Assembly: GCA_020632415.1 (NCBI GenBank)
Contig: JACKFO010000002.1
Location: 322,732 to 386,731, forward strand
From: Candidatus Nomurabacteria bacterium
GTDB taxonomy: Bacteria > Patescibacteriota > Patescibacteriia > UBA1558 > GWA2-36-10
DNA: 64,000 nucleotides
Reading direction: 5' to 3'
Shown here: in pieces, positions 1 through 11,281 of the stretch
How positions within the stretch are numbered: position 1 is the stretch's first letter
Layout: each line of letters begins with the position of its first letter
Position numbers and translations under genes: made by a program
The notes under the pieces: generated by a model
Database searches by the model: none
Seen by the model: the letters and a program-made list of their open reading frames with translations, nothing else
What the model was told of the DNA's origin: nothing

Positions 1-591
1 CTTAACTAAAGATTTATGAATAGAAATATAAAGCTGAACGTTTTTTTCTCTTTCTCTCAAAGTATCACCACTGAACTTGACTCGTGGCTTGACCATCTGA
101 TACATCGTTTCAATCACGCTATCTTCAATGTCCTCTGGATTCAAAAGCATGTCGATTTCACAGGCCATCACACCAATGATCCAATCAAAATATTGTTTTC
201 TTTCTTTGCCTTGATAAAGATCATTGAGCATCACAAACAAATCACCGTAGCGACGAATGATCTGCGCCACTTCCAAAATCATTTTTTCTGGAATAGTATT
301 GTTTGGCAAATATTTGGAACGAATCAAATCCTCGATCAAACCTTTGGCAATATGCGGTTTTAAAGTTTCTAGAATCAAACGACGGCGTAAATTTCTTTCA
401 ATTGCAAAACGTCTCAATAAATGAGCCTCTTTAAAATCAACGCTATTGCGTAATTTTTCATAGACAAAAGTCACTCTTGAAGTAATATCTTCAACTTCAA
501 TCTTGTTTTCATCCTCTAAAATTGTACGACGTCTTTGGTAAATTTTGTCCAATTTCTGATACAAATCAACGATACTTGGGGAAATTTCCAT
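1..591 (-). CDS. hypothetical protein, N-terminal 197 codons only (gene runs off left edge)
   Basis: Open reverse frame from ATG (complement of 589-591; MEISPSIVDLYQKLDKIYQRRR...) to position 1 with no stop. It is missing from the ORF track only because it has no in-window stop. Track ORF 16..363(+) is its antisense shadow. Confidence 0.5.
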   Translation of the reverse strand, partial: MEISPSIVDLYQKLDKIYQRRRTILEDENKIEVEDITSRVTFVYEKLRNSVDFKEAHLLRRFAIERNLRRRLILETLKPHIAKGLIEDLIRSKYLPNNTIPEKMILEVAQIIRRYGDLFVMLNDLYQGKERKQYFDWIIGVMACEIDMLLNPEDIEDSVIETMYQMVKPRVKFSGDTLREREKNVQLYISIHKSLVK

Positions 592-661
592 AAAATTTTA
601 TAATATAAATTCAAAGTTAAAATACCATATTTTTCACTTTTTTTCAATCTAGAGAAAAAAT

Positions 662-699
662 AAAAAAATAACCCCCTGAATTAAACTATCAGAGGGGTT
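662..699 (-). terminator. intrinsic terminator after the CxxC protein gene
   Basis: On minus strand AACCCCTCTGA-loop-TCAGGGGGTT (one bulge) followed by a T-run. Confidence 0.6.
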
Positions 700-715
700 A
701 TTTAAATTAACTGAT

Positions 716-1246
716 TTATTTTTTCTTTTTTGCAGCTACTTTTTTAGGAGCTTTCTTAACAGCAGCTACTTTTTTTGTTGTTTTTTTCTTAGGTGTAGTT
801 TTTTCTTCTACTGGAGTAGTTTTTTCTTTTTTTGATTCTACTTTTTCTACTTTAACTTCAGTCTTTGGTTTTGCTTGTAATAAATTAATAATTTGATCAA
901 GCTTGTGATTTAAACCAGACAAAGCATCAGCTAACTGTTTGTTTCCTTGACCACGATCTGATCCACGAGAATCACGAGCTGGTCTACTATCAGATTTTTT
1001 AAAACAATCATTACAATAAATAGGCTTGCCACTTGTTGGGCGAAAGGGAACTTCGCAAGTCGCACCACAACCATCACAAACAGCATTGTGCATTTCTACT
1101 TGACGATCACGATCTCGGCCACCGCCAAAACCACGATCTCTTGAGCCACCAAAATCTCTTCGGCCACCGCCAAAACCACGATCTCTTGAGCCCCGGTCAC
1201 CTCTATCACCACCTGATCTTCTATTATCTCTTTTAAAATTTCCCAT
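716..1246 (-). CDS. CxxC-x17-CxxC zinc-ribbon protein with RGG/RD-rich N-terminus and Lys-rich C-terminus (RNA-binding-like)
   Basis: CDGC followed by exactly 17 residues then CNDC. Repeated DRGFGGG and SRDRG motifs; KKxxKK tail. Directly downstream of a DEAD-box helicase. Confidence 0.7.
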   Translation of the reverse strand: MGNFKRDNRRSGGDRGDRGSRDRGFGGGRRDFGGSRDRGFGGGRDRDRQVEMHNAVCDGCGATCEVPFRPTSGKPIYCNDCFKKSDSRPARDSRGSDRGQGNKQLADALSGLNHKLDQIINLLQAKPKTEVKVEKVESKKEKTTPVEEKTTPKKKTTKKVAAVKKAPKKVAAKKKK

Positions 1247-1312
1247 AAATTTATTTATCTTATTAGACTTTAATTTTATGCTTTTTTTAAAGAAAAAGCA
1301 ATCAAAAAATAA

Positions 1313-2560
1313 TTAATTAGCTCTTCTGCGACGACTAAAATTTCTATTATCTTCGCGAAAATTTCTACTTGAACGATTTCTATTTGCAACATTAGCAAAT
1401 CCTCTACTTGCTCTAGGAATGATTTTTGCTGCTGGTAATTTTGGCACTGCTTTGACTGGAATGGTTTTTTTAATCAATCTTTCAATTTGTTTAATTGATC
1501 TTTTTTCATCATTGCCAACAAAAGAAATTGCTTTACCAAAAGCGCCAGCCCGACCAGTACGGCCAATACGATGAACATAATCATCTGGATTATCTGGTAA
1601 ATCATAATTAATCACCAAGGAAATATCTTTAACATCAATTCCACGAGCCGCAATGTCAGTTGCCACTAAAACTCGATATTTACCATTTTTAAAACCGCTC
1701 AAAGCTTCTTTTCTTTGATTTAAAGTACGATTAGAATGAATTTCGGTCGCTGAGTGCCCTAAGGCTCTGATTAAAATAGCAATTTTCTTTGCGCCATGTT
1801 TGGTACGAGAAAAAATCAAGACACTACCATTGTAGTCAGTCAATAATTTATCTAGTAATTGTCCGCGCATTTCTTTGGAAATAATAAAAATTTCCTGCTC
1901 TACTTTGGCAGCGGCAGTTCCAGCTGGGGCAACTTCGATACGCCAAGGAGTTTTCATAAACTGATTAGCAATTTCAGCAATTGCTTTAGGCATGGTTGCT
2001 GAAAACATCAAAGTCTGTCTTTCTTTAGGAGCCAATTTTAAAATTTGTTTAATCTGAGGCATGAAACCAATGTCGAGCATTCGATCAGCCTCGTCCAAAA
2101 CAATCATTTTAACTTTTGCTAAATTTAAATTTTTCTGTTGCAAATGGTCAATCAAACGTCCGGGAGTAGAAACAATGATTTGTGGATTACGACGCATTGC
2201 GTTGATTTGTTGCTGAGCAGAAGCTCCGCCGATCAAAACTACGGTTTTTAAACCAAATTTTTGACCAAGCTTATTTAAAACTTCTTCGACTTGCAAAGCA
2301 AGTTCGCGAGTAGGCAATAAAATCAAAGCTTGCGCCTTATTTTGTGATAAAAGCTGAACTATTGGCACGCCAAAGGCCAAAGTTTTTCCAGTACCAGTTT
2401 GAGCAATGCCCACAACATCTTTGCCTTGCAAAGTTGCTGGAATACACTGGTGTTGGATGGGAGTTGGAGCCAAAAATTTGAGCCTAGTTAAAAGCTCCAA
2501 TAAATTGGGGCTAATCCCTAAATTATCAAAATTAGAGGCAATTGTTGTTGTTTTTGTCAT
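1313..2560 (-). CDS. DEAD-box ATP-dependent RNA helicase
   Basis: Motifs AQTGTGKT, PTRELA, DEAD, SAT, HRIGRTGRAG. Start moved to the MTKTTT Met at 2558-2560; the 13-codon track extension is unlikely. Confidence 0.9.
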   Translation of the reverse strand: MTKTTTIASNFDNLGISPNLLELLTRLKFLAPTPIQHQCIPATLQGKDVVGIAQTGTGKTLAFGVPIVQLLSQNKAQALILLPTRELALQVEEVLNKLGQKFGLKTVVLIGGASAQQQINAMRRNPQIIVSTPGRLIDHLQQKNLNLAKVKMIVLDEADRMLDIGFMPQIKQILKLAPKERQTLMFSATMPKAIAEIANQFMKTPWRIEVAPAGTAAAKVEQEIFIISKEMRGQLLDKLLTDYNGSVLIFSRTKHGAKKIAILIRALGHSATEIHSNRTLNQRKEALSGFKNGKYRVLVATDIAARGIDVKDISLVINYDLPDNPDDYVHRIGRTGRAGAFGKAISFVGNDEKRSIKQIERLIKKTIPVKAVPKLPAAKIIPRASRGFANVANRNRSSRNFREDNRNFSRRRRAN

Positions 2561-2753
2561 AAAAAAATAATGTGACCAGTTTCTACTGAGCCACATCATG
2601 ACACAAAAGATTCAAGTCTGTTGACTGAAATAATCAGTCAAATTTATTAGATTATCTACTATATCATAAAAAAATAAATTTGTCAACATTAAAAACAAAA
2701 AAGACCCAGCGTAAGCCGCGTCTTAGTAAAAATTTCTACTAGCTTTATTTATT

Positions 2754-2827
2754 TGGCTCGGGGACAGGGGCTCGAACCCCGATTGCCTGGACCAAAACCA
2801 GGTGTCCTACCATTAGACGATCCCCGA
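2754..2827 (-). tRNA. tRNA-Gln (UUG), CCA encoded
   Basis: Reverse complement TCGGGGATCGTCTAATGGTAGGACACCTGGTTTTGGTCCAGG...GGTTCGAGCCCC..TCCCCGAGCCA. Cloverleaf folds by eye with anticodon loop TTTTGGT. Confidence 0.85.
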
Positions 2828-2843
2828 ATGAAATAACGAAAGT

Positions 2844-2872
2844 ATGATAATATTTTTTCTAAAAAATGTCAA
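2844..2872 (-). promoter_or_regulatory. sigma70-type promoter for tRNA-Gln
   Basis: Minus strand TTGACA (2867-2872), 17-nt spacer, TATCAT (2844-2849). Confidence 0.55.
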
Positions 2873-2926
2873 TACTAAAAAACTCCCCAAGCAAAATACT
2901 TAGGAAGTTTTTTCTTTTAATTTATT

Positions 2927-3883
2927 CTAATCTATCAAATTCTGTTTAGTGGCTGAATTATTTTTGTATAATTCTGGGTCAATTGTTCGTTCAAAACAAG
3001 TTTTTTCTGACTTGTGCTCCCAATTTTGCGAATCAATACTAGGATAATAATAACGAGCCGCTTGACTACCGTTTACAAAATCTTCACTGTTGGTTGTAAA
3101 ATCAGCACAAAGTTCAAATGATAAATCGCCTAATACTTGATACTGATAATCAGCTTTTGTTTCTGGATCATTAGCAACTTGATAACCAGATATGTCATTT
3201 TCCAATTGGCTTAGTTCTGTTGGTAGCACTTCTTTGTTTTGCCAATAATTAATAATCTGACTCTGGAGAAGTTGCAAATCCTGCACTCTTTGTTCATCAA
3301 AACGATGATCACGTTGTTGACTTGGAGCGCCAATCAAGAAGAAACCCCAAACAATACTAGCCACCATAATCACCAACAAAGTTGCAGCAATAGTTACTGG
3401 TAACTTGCTTTTAATATTTTCATTTTTTAAATCCCAAAAATAATATAAAAATAAAGCTGCTGCCACCAATAAAACTACTAAAATCTTTAAGAAAAATTGA
3501 GTGCTTAATTCCCCGTTCAAAAAATTATAAACCAAAATCATCAAGTCAATAATCACTGTCACGGCCGAAACAAATAAAGTCAAATAAACTAGCCATTTTC
3601 TGATTTTGATTTCTCGATGTAAAATGTTTTTTTGGTCATCTTTTTTCAAAAACCAAGAGCTAATTAAATAAGCGGGCAAAGCAATCAGCAAAATAGCCAT
3701 TGAAACCCTAATCCCCTCGCTGACTGAACGATAATAAAAAGTCAAAGGATCGGGAAAAATAACATTAATGTACTGCACATACAAAGTCATAAAAGATACC
3801 ACGCTCAAATAAAGAGTGACAATTGCAAACAAATGTAAAAATACATCTTTTGGTGTGGTTTTGGGGATGTTTGAATTTTCCAT
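2927..3883 (-). CDS. DUF5671-like multi-pass membrane protein
   Basis: N-terminal PKDVFLHLFAIVTLYLSVVSFMTLYVQYINVIFPD pattern and 5-6 hydrophobic helices, then a soluble C-terminal domain. Family call is from memory. Confidence 0.55.
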   Translation of the reverse strand: MENSNIPKTTPKDVFLHLFAIVTLYLSVVSFMTLYVQYINVIFPDPLTFYYRSVSEGIRVSMAILLIALPAYLISSWFLKKDDQKNILHREIKIRKWLVYLTLFVSAVTVIIDLMILVYNFLNGELSTQFFLKILVVLLVAAALFLYYFWDLKNENIKSKLPVTIAATLLVIMVASIVWGFFLIGAPSQQRDHRFDEQRVQDLQLLQSQIINYWQNKEVLPTELSQLENDISGYQVANDPETKADYQYQVLGDLSFELCADFTTNSEDFVNGSQAARYYYPSIDSQNWEHKSEKTCFERTIDPELYKNNSATKQNLID

Positions 3884-3994
3884 AAAATTTTTGATTATTT
3901 TTAAACTACTCTAATTATCCTATTTTTATTAAGAAAAGTCAAAAGGCTCGCCGATTTTTACTCTTTGAGCCTTTTTCCTAAATCATGCATGACT

Positions 3995-4234
3995 TCACTC
4001 TCCCAAGGCTTTTTTGGCCTGTTGATACTGACGAATCAACCAGAGACTGGCCAACACTCCCAAAACAAAACCGCCGCTCAGGAGCATCGCCAATTCAAGA
4101 TCTAGCACATCTTTGGTCATCGACCAAAACACACCACCCAAACAGCTGAGAGTGGCTATAACCGCCACAACGGAAAAGCCAAACCAATTGCTTTTGACCT
4201 GCTCCAGGTCTTTGAGTTCAGATGCACGTGACAT
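3995..4234 (-). CDS. orphan small membrane protein, 79 aa, two predicted TM helices (G+C-elevated cassette A)
   Basis: ATG at 4232-4234 preceded by GGAGGA with about 7-nt spacing; the track start at 4249 is a TTG extension. Local G+C is clearly above the flanks. Confidence 0.5.
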   Translation of the reverse strand: MSRASELKDLEQVKSNWFGFSVVAVIATLSCLGGVFWSMTKDVLDLELAMLLSGGFVLGVLASLWLIRQYQQAKKALGE

Positions 4235-4343
4235 CAGTCTATCCTCCAAATTGAAGAACCGTCATCTTGCTTTAAGTTTGACACAGAGCAAAAAATTTGT
4301 AAAATAAAAAATCCTCTGAGACCTCAAAGGATTTTTTGCTAAA

Positions 4344-5096
4344 TTATTTAACTTTATAATTTAAATTTACCTCAACCACTAAATCATATTCACCGCTTGG
4401 CAGATAAGCTGGCGCTGCCTCAGCAGACAACATTGCGCCGCCTTTGCCATAAACATCATTGGCCGGATAATAATTTTCCCACCAACCAATGGTCTTTCCT
4501 AAACGCACACCAGTGGCTTTAGACATTTCTTTAGCTTTCATTTTAGCATCTGTAATTGCCTTTAATCTAGCTTCTTGTTTTAAATTTTCTAAATCAGCAG
4601 CTTCAAAATTTACACTGTTTACTTGATTAGCTCCGGCCTTGGTAGCCGCAGAAATCAAATTTCCAACAATGTTCTCTTGAGCTGAAAAATTATTAACAGT
4701 TATTATAACTGACTGATTGGCACTATAGCCGGCTAATTTTGAACTTCCTTCAAAATAATCATACTGCGGATAAAGATTGTAATTTCTGGTTTGAATATCT
4801 TTTTCTTCAATACCCTGATCTTTGATCGCCTGCAAAACTTGATTCATTTTTTGATTTAAGTTTTCTAGAGCCAAATTAGCATTAGCCGCTCGATCTACTT
4901 GCACGCCTAAATCAATTTTTGCTGTGTCAGGTAAATACGAAACCTCTCCTCGTCCAGTCACTGAAACTTGATACTGCGGATCATTGATAATTCGGTCTCT
5001 TAACAAAGCAACCACCAAAACAATAGTGATCAAGACCATCATGGTGATTTTTACCCACAAACGATGTGGCTGATAAACTTTTTGTTCGTTTTCCAT
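4344..5096 (-). CDS. SIMPL (DUF541) domain protein with N-terminal membrane anchor
   Basis: VSVTGRGEVSYLPDTAKIDLGVQV and the C-terminal EYDLVVEVNLNYKV pattern are typical of the SIMPL/26-kDa periplasmic immunogenic protein family. Confidence 0.7.
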   Translation of the reverse strand: MENEQKVYQPHRLWVKITMMVLITIVLVVALLRDRIINDPQYQVSVTGRGEVSYLPDTAKIDLGVQVDRAANANLALENLNQKMNQVLQAIKDQGIEEKDIQTRNYNLYPQYDYFEGSSKLAGYSANQSVIITVNNFSAQENIVGNLISAATKAGANQVNSVNFEAADLENLKQEARLKAITDAKMKAKEMSKATGVRLGKTIGWWENYYPANDVYGKGGAMLSAEAAPAYLPSGEYDLVVEVNLNYKVK

Positions 5097-5123
5097 ATAA
5101 TTAATTTATTATTTTTTAATCAT

Positions 5124-6746
<1,623 letters not shown>

Positions 6747-6787
6747 TTAAGATTTTTCAAAACAGAGACATTATAACAAATTTTATT

Positions 6788-6820
6788 TAAAAAAACAAAA
6801 ATGCCTCAACTTGTGAGGCA
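6788..6820 (-). terminator. intrinsic terminator after rplI
   Basis: Minus strand ATGCCTCA-loop-TGAGGCAT followed by a long T-run. Confidence 0.7.
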
Positions 6821-6826
6821 TTTCTT

Positions 6827-7273
6827 CTACTCTTCTAAAATAGTAATAAAAATGTTAATTTTTTCTTTATTTGGTAATTGTAAATTGACTTGATGCTTGC
6901 CCAAGTCTTTCAAGGCAGTAAAATTATCAAACCATTTTTCTTCTACATCTAAATTAAATTTATCTTTTATCTCTCTGATAATATCTGCTTGGTGAATAGC
7001 TTGAAACAAATTTCCTTTTTCTGAAGCTTTGCCTTTAAATTGCAGGCCCTGTTTATTTAAAGTTTTTATTATTTTTTGTTGAGCATTAATTTTTGTTTGC
7101 TCTTGTTTAATAATCTTTTGTTTTCCTTGCTGAATTTTATTGACATTTTGGTTACTAGCCAAAATTGCTTTCTTATTTGGCAACAAAAAATTATTAGCAT
7201 AACCAAAACTAACTTCTTTAATATCCCCTTTTTTACCCAAAGAGCTAATATCTTCCAATAAAACAACTTTCAT
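6827..7273 (-). CDS. rplI: 50S ribosomal protein L9
   Basis: MKVVLLEDISSLGKKGDIKEVSFGYANNFLLP N-terminal domain, 148 aa. Confidence 0.9.
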   Translation of the reverse strand: MKVVLLEDISSLGKKGDIKEVSFGYANNFLLPNKKAILASNQNVNKIQQGKQKIIKQEQTKINAQQKIIKTLNKQGLQFKGKASEKGNLFQAIHQADIIREIKDKFNLDVEEKWFDNFTALKDLGKHQVNLQLPNKEKINIFITILEE

Positions 7274-7276
7274 AAA

Positions 7277-8563
7277 CTATTCTTTAATTATCTCTTTTGC
7301 ACGATCCAATTGTGGGTCTAAGTCATTGTTATAATCTTCAGTAGTGTATTCTATTTTTTCATCAGGCTCAACTCCCACATCGTCAATTGTTCTGCCTTTA
7401 GGAGTAATCCAATTAGCCACCGTTACTTTCAAGGCTGAACCATCTTTAAGCTCAAACAACTGTTGGACAGAACCCTTACCAAAAGTAGTTTGACCAATTA
7501 CCGTACCAAAACCATAGTCCTGTAAAGCGCCAGCCAAAATCTCCGCTGCTGAAGCCGATCCTTCATTAACTAAAATGACCATCTTATATTGACTCAAATC
7601 TAGTTCTTTTGGCGCTTTATAATCTTTACTATCTTTTTGATTTGAAAAAATTTCTCTGACCACCACTTGTCCATCTTGCAACCAAGAGCCGGCAATGTCC
7701 ACTGCTACATCCAAAAATCCACCAGGATTGTTTCTTAGATCCAAAATAATACCATCCGGATTATCTCGTAAAACTTGCTGAGCAATTTTAATAAAACGAC
7801 TGTCCGTGTCACTATTAAAGTGACTAATCTTAATTACTGCAAGATTATCTTCTAATTTATAAGTGACACTAGGAATAGCGATTTTATCACGCTTGATTTT
7901 AATTTCTTTTGGCGTATTTTCATCTTTAGACAAAACAGTCAAAACAAGCTCTGTTCCTTTGTCACCACGAATCAAATTAACCGCTCCGTCAACTGACAAA
8001 CTACTAGCATCTTGTTCATCAATGCCTAAAATCTTGTCCCCTGCTCTCAAGCCAGCAATTTCTGCTGGAGAATCTGGCAAGGGAGCGATAATCACCAAAG
8101 CGCCATTTTTACGACCAATCTCTGCACCGATTCCAAAAAAGCTACCATTTAATTCTTGAGTAAATTCATCAGTAACTTCTGGATTCAAAAAAATAGTATA
8201 AGGGTCATTAACCGCTGCCACCATACCAGAAATTGCTCCGTAGAATAAATCTGATTCTGAAATTTGATTTCGCTTAAAATAATATTGGTGTAAAGTTTCC
8301 CAAGCATCTTTGAATAAAGCTGGATCAATATTTTCTGTTCCAGAAAAAATGCCTAAAATTTCATCAGCAGTAGTTGCAAAAACGTTTTCCTGAGCGGTTT
8401 TATTATTTAAATTACTAGTAAAAACCCCTGCTCCAAAAGCAACTAAAATTAAAAAAAACAAAGCGTAAATTTTAATTACCCTTTTAAACAAATTTTTCTT
8501 CTTTTTCAAAACATCTTCAGTTTGCTCATTGGTAAACTGACTCTTATTTTCAAATTGATACAT
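7277..8563 (-). CDS. S41 family C-terminal processing peptidase with PDZ domain
   Basis: PDZ segment SPAEIAGLRAGDKILGID, catalytic region NEGSASAAEILAGALQD and TFGKGSVQ, N-terminal TM anchor. Confidence 0.85.
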   Translation of the reverse strand: MYQFENKSQFTNEQTEDVLKKKKNLFKRVIKIYALFFLILVAFGAGVFTSNLNNKTAQENVFATTADEILGIFSGTENIDPALFKDAWETLHQYYFKRNQISESDLFYGAISGMVAAVNDPYTIFLNPEVTDEFTQELNGSFFGIGAEIGRKNGALVIIAPLPDSPAEIAGLRAGDKILGIDEQDASSLSVDGAVNLIRGDKGTELVLTVLSKDENTPKEIKIKRDKIAIPSVTYKLEDNLAVIKISHFNSDTDSRFIKIAQQVLRDNPDGIILDLRNNPGGFLDVAVDIAGSWLQDGQVVVREIFSNQKDSKDYKAPKELDLSQYKMVILVNEGSASAAEILAGALQDYGFGTVIGQTTFGKGSVQQLFELKDGSALKVTVANWITPKGRTIDDVGVEPDEKIEYTTEDYNNDLDPQLDRAKEIIKE

Positions 8564-8569
8564 AATTTA

Positions 8570-9865
8570 TTAATCGTTTACTCTTTTTATCTTAGCGCCC
8601 AAAGCTGCTAATCTTTGATCTAAAAATTGATAACCACGATCGACTTGATAGATGTTATCGATCACACTTTCACCACGAGCAGATAAGGCAGCCAAAATTA
8701 AAGTCGCGCCTGCTCTCAAATCAAAACTACTCATTTCTTTACCAAATAAAGGAGAAGGGCCAATAACAATCACTCGGTGTGGATCAGAAACAATAATGTT
8801 AGCTCCCATTTTCTTTAGTTCTGCCACATATTTCATCCGACCATCATACATCCAGTCATGAATTAAGGTTGTGCCATGAGCCTGAGTCATCAAAGCAGTC
8901 ATCGGCTGAATTAAATCAGCAGCAAAACCAGGATAAGGCATGTCATGAATTTTTTCTACTGCTTTCAAATCCACTCTACCGTCAACTTTAATATTTGCCA
9001 ACTGATAATGTTTATTTGGCGATAAATCTAAATAATTAATTTCTATTTTTAAACCAACTTCTTTAAATTTTTCTAACTCCAAAGCCAAAAAATAAGGAGC
9101 AGTATTTAAAATAGTGATTTCAGATCTAGTGCAACCGGCCAAAGAAATAAAAGTTCCCGTCTCAATTGGATCCGGCATAATATGATATTCGCCACCGCCC
9201 AAAGACTTTGCGCCTTTGATCGTTAATTCGTGTGTGCCAATGCCTTGGATCTCTAAACCTAGAGTTTCCAAAAACCAACAAAGATCCTGAACACTTGGAT
9301 CAGAAGCAGCGATTCTTATTTTGATTTCTCCTTGATTGATCGCTGAAGCTAAAATAATATTTTCTGTACCAGTGACAGAAAATTCATCCATCACAATCTC
9401 TGTGTTGGCGGCTCGTTTTTTTTCTAAAATATAATATTTGCCATCAAACTCTACATCTACACCCAAACGAGCAAAAGCTTTAAAGTGGGTATCCATTGAA
9501 CGAGCGCCGATCTGACAACCACCGGGCGCTTTGGTTTTAATTTTACCAAAACGACCAACCATTGCCCCCATCAATAAAATTGAGGAGCGCATCGTACTCA
9601 TCAGGTCCATATCCAACTTTTCTGGATCAAGCTCAGCGGCATCAATAGTTAGACTATGTTTATCCAACCAAACAACTTTAACTCCCAAAGAAGTTAAAAT
9701 TTGAATCATTTTTTTCACATCCTCAATTAAAGGAACGTTGTGTAAAGTGATCTTTTCTTTTGACAAAACAGAAGCTGCTAAAATTGGTGTCGTAGCGTTT
9801 TTAAAACCAGCAACCTCGATTGTTCCTTTGAGCGCATTGCCTCCTTGAATAATAAATTTAGACAT
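8570..9865 (-). CDS. murA: UDP-N-acetylglucosamine 1-carboxyvinyltransferase
   Basis: 431 aa with active-site region PGGCQIGARSMDTH and EPSP-synthase-like fold motifs throughout. Confidence 0.93.
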   Translation of the reverse strand: MSKFIIQGGNALKGTIEVAGFKNATTPILAASVLSKEKITLHNVPLIEDVKKMIQILTSLGVKVVWLDKHSLTIDAAELDPEKLDMDLMSTMRSSILLMGAMVGRFGKIKTKAPGGCQIGARSMDTHFKAFARLGVDVEFDGKYYILEKKRAANTEIVMDEFSVTGTENIILASAINQGEIKIRIAASDPSVQDLCWFLETLGLEIQGIGTHELTIKGAKSLGGGEYHIMPDPIETGTFISLAGCTRSEITILNTAPYFLALELEKFKEVGLKIEINYLDLSPNKHYQLANIKVDGRVDLKAVEKIHDMPYPGFAADLIQPMTALMTQAHGTTLIHDWMYDGRMKYVAELKKMGANIIVSDPHRVIVIGPSPLFGKEMSSFDLRAGATLILAALSARGESVIDNIYQVDRGYQFLDQRLAALGAKIKRVND

Positions 9866-9930
9866 AGTATTATAGCTTATAGCTAGTAATCATTAGCTAT
9901 ATCATACCCTAAATCTTAACATAAAACAAG

Positions 9931-11199
9931 ATGAGCATCATCTTACGACGTTTAACTTACCTCAGTTTTTTCTTGGCCTTCATCATTGTTGCCCCTTTGT
10001 TAATTTTTTATTCTTTGGGCTATCGTTATAATTTTGATAAACATTTGATTGAAAAAAATGGAGCTTTTTTTGTAAAGTCTTATCCAAGAAATTCCAATAT
10101 TTTTATTGATGGCGAAAAAACAAAATTCAAAACCCCCGCTCAAGTTACCAATGTTAAAACTGGTACGCATTTAGTAGAAATAAAAAAAGAAGGTTTTGAT
10201 ACTTGGCAAAAAAATCTAAACATTATTGCCGGAGAAACTACTTTTATTGAAGACGTGACTTTATTTTTAAACGAACAAAAAATCGTTGATTTAGGACCTG
10301 GCTCAGAAGATTACTTAATTAACAAAAATAAAGATAAATACAGCTACCTCCGAGACAATACCCTTTGGCTCGTCAATACTGAAACAGAACAAATTTTTGA
10401 CGTCTATCAATTTCCACAAAAAACTGAATTAATTGACTGGTCAAAAAATGATCAACAAATTTTGATTAAACAAAATAATTATAAAATTTTTGACATTAGT
10501 CAACAAAAAATTACCGACTTAAATATCCTTAACCCAGATAAAATAATTTGGGACAATCAAGATGAAAATATCATTTGGTTTTTACGTAATCAAAAATTAT
10601 ATAAATATAACATTGTCTTGAATAGCACCACTTTAAAAGCTGATGATTTATCAGATTTTGATCTAACCGGAGAATATATAATTTTACAAAACAACCAAGC
10701 AGGCATCAGCAATCTAGCTCAGATTCAAAAAGACTCTACTGACGAAGTCAGGAGTTTGGAAAATCTAAAACTTGGAAAATTAAAAATTATTTTGGCTGAC
10801 AAAGACTATTTAATTTTCATGCTTGGTTCACACCTTTACTTACAAAAACAAGAACAAGAATTGATCGAAATCCCCGCTTCCTTAGTAGAGATCTATGGTA
10901 AATTTTTGTTAATCAACGATGGTTACCAAACAATTCTTTATGATTATAATGATGATTACAAAGAAATAATTGATCGTTCTTCACAAGTTGTCTCTGATTT
11001 AAAATGGCATCCTAATGGCAGCTACTTCATCAACGAAGTAAATGGCAAAAGCACCATCTACGAGTTAGACGGTCGGGATTATCGCAACAACACTCAAGTC
11101 TTAAATGACCCGCTAAAGAAAATGTATCTGTTTAACAAAAAAGGAGATAAATTATTTATTCTAACAGCCGAAAGAAATTTTTATCTTCAAGTTCAATAA
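9931..11199 (+). CDS. PEGA domain protein, N-terminal TM anchor
   Basis: SNIFIDGEKTKFKTPAQVTNVKTGTHLVEIKKEGFDTW matches the PEGA pattern. The remainder is repeat-like beta-rich sequence. Confidence 0.6.
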   Translation: MSIILRRLTYLSFFLAFIIVAPLLIFYSLGYRYNFDKHLIEKNGAFFVKSYPRNSNIFIDGEKTKFKTPAQVTNVKTGTHLVEIKKEGFDTWQKNLNIIAGETTFIEDVTLFLNEQKIVDLGPGSEDYLINKNKDKYSYLRDNTLWLVNTETEQIFDVYQFPQKTELIDWSKNDQQILIKQNNYKIFDISQQKITDLNILNPDKIIWDNQDENIIWFLRNQKLYKYNIVLNSTTLKADDLSDFDLTGEYIILQNNQAGISNLAQIQKDSTDEVRSLENLKLGKLKIILADKDYLIFMLGSHLYLQKQEQELIEIPASLVEIYGKFLLINDGYQTILYDYNDDYKEIIDRSSQVVSDLKWHPNGSYFINEVNGKSTIYELDGRDYRNNTQVLNDPLKKMYLFNKKGDKLFILTAERNFYLQVQ

Positions 11200-11281
11200 A
11201 AAATAAATCAAACAAAATAAAAAATAATAGTACAAAATACTATTATTTTTTGTTGTTTTTAACTTATCCACAGTCCAGCTC

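Noticed and set aside
16-363. Track ORF of 115 aa on the plus strand at the left edge
   Set aside because: It lies antisense to a longer uninterrupted minus-strand frame (1-591) that has a proper ATG and sensible protein-like sequence. The plus-strand product is low-complexity and has no start context.
11264-11272. Perfect DnaA-box 9-mer TTATCCACA upstream of lexA, and a one-mismatch TTATCCAAA at 56966-56974 near dnaB
   Set aside because: These are single isolated boxes. One exact 9-mer in 128 kb of two-strand sequence is about what chance predicts. There is no cluster of boxes, no AT-rich unwinding element and no dnaA or dnaN nearby, so this is not an origin.
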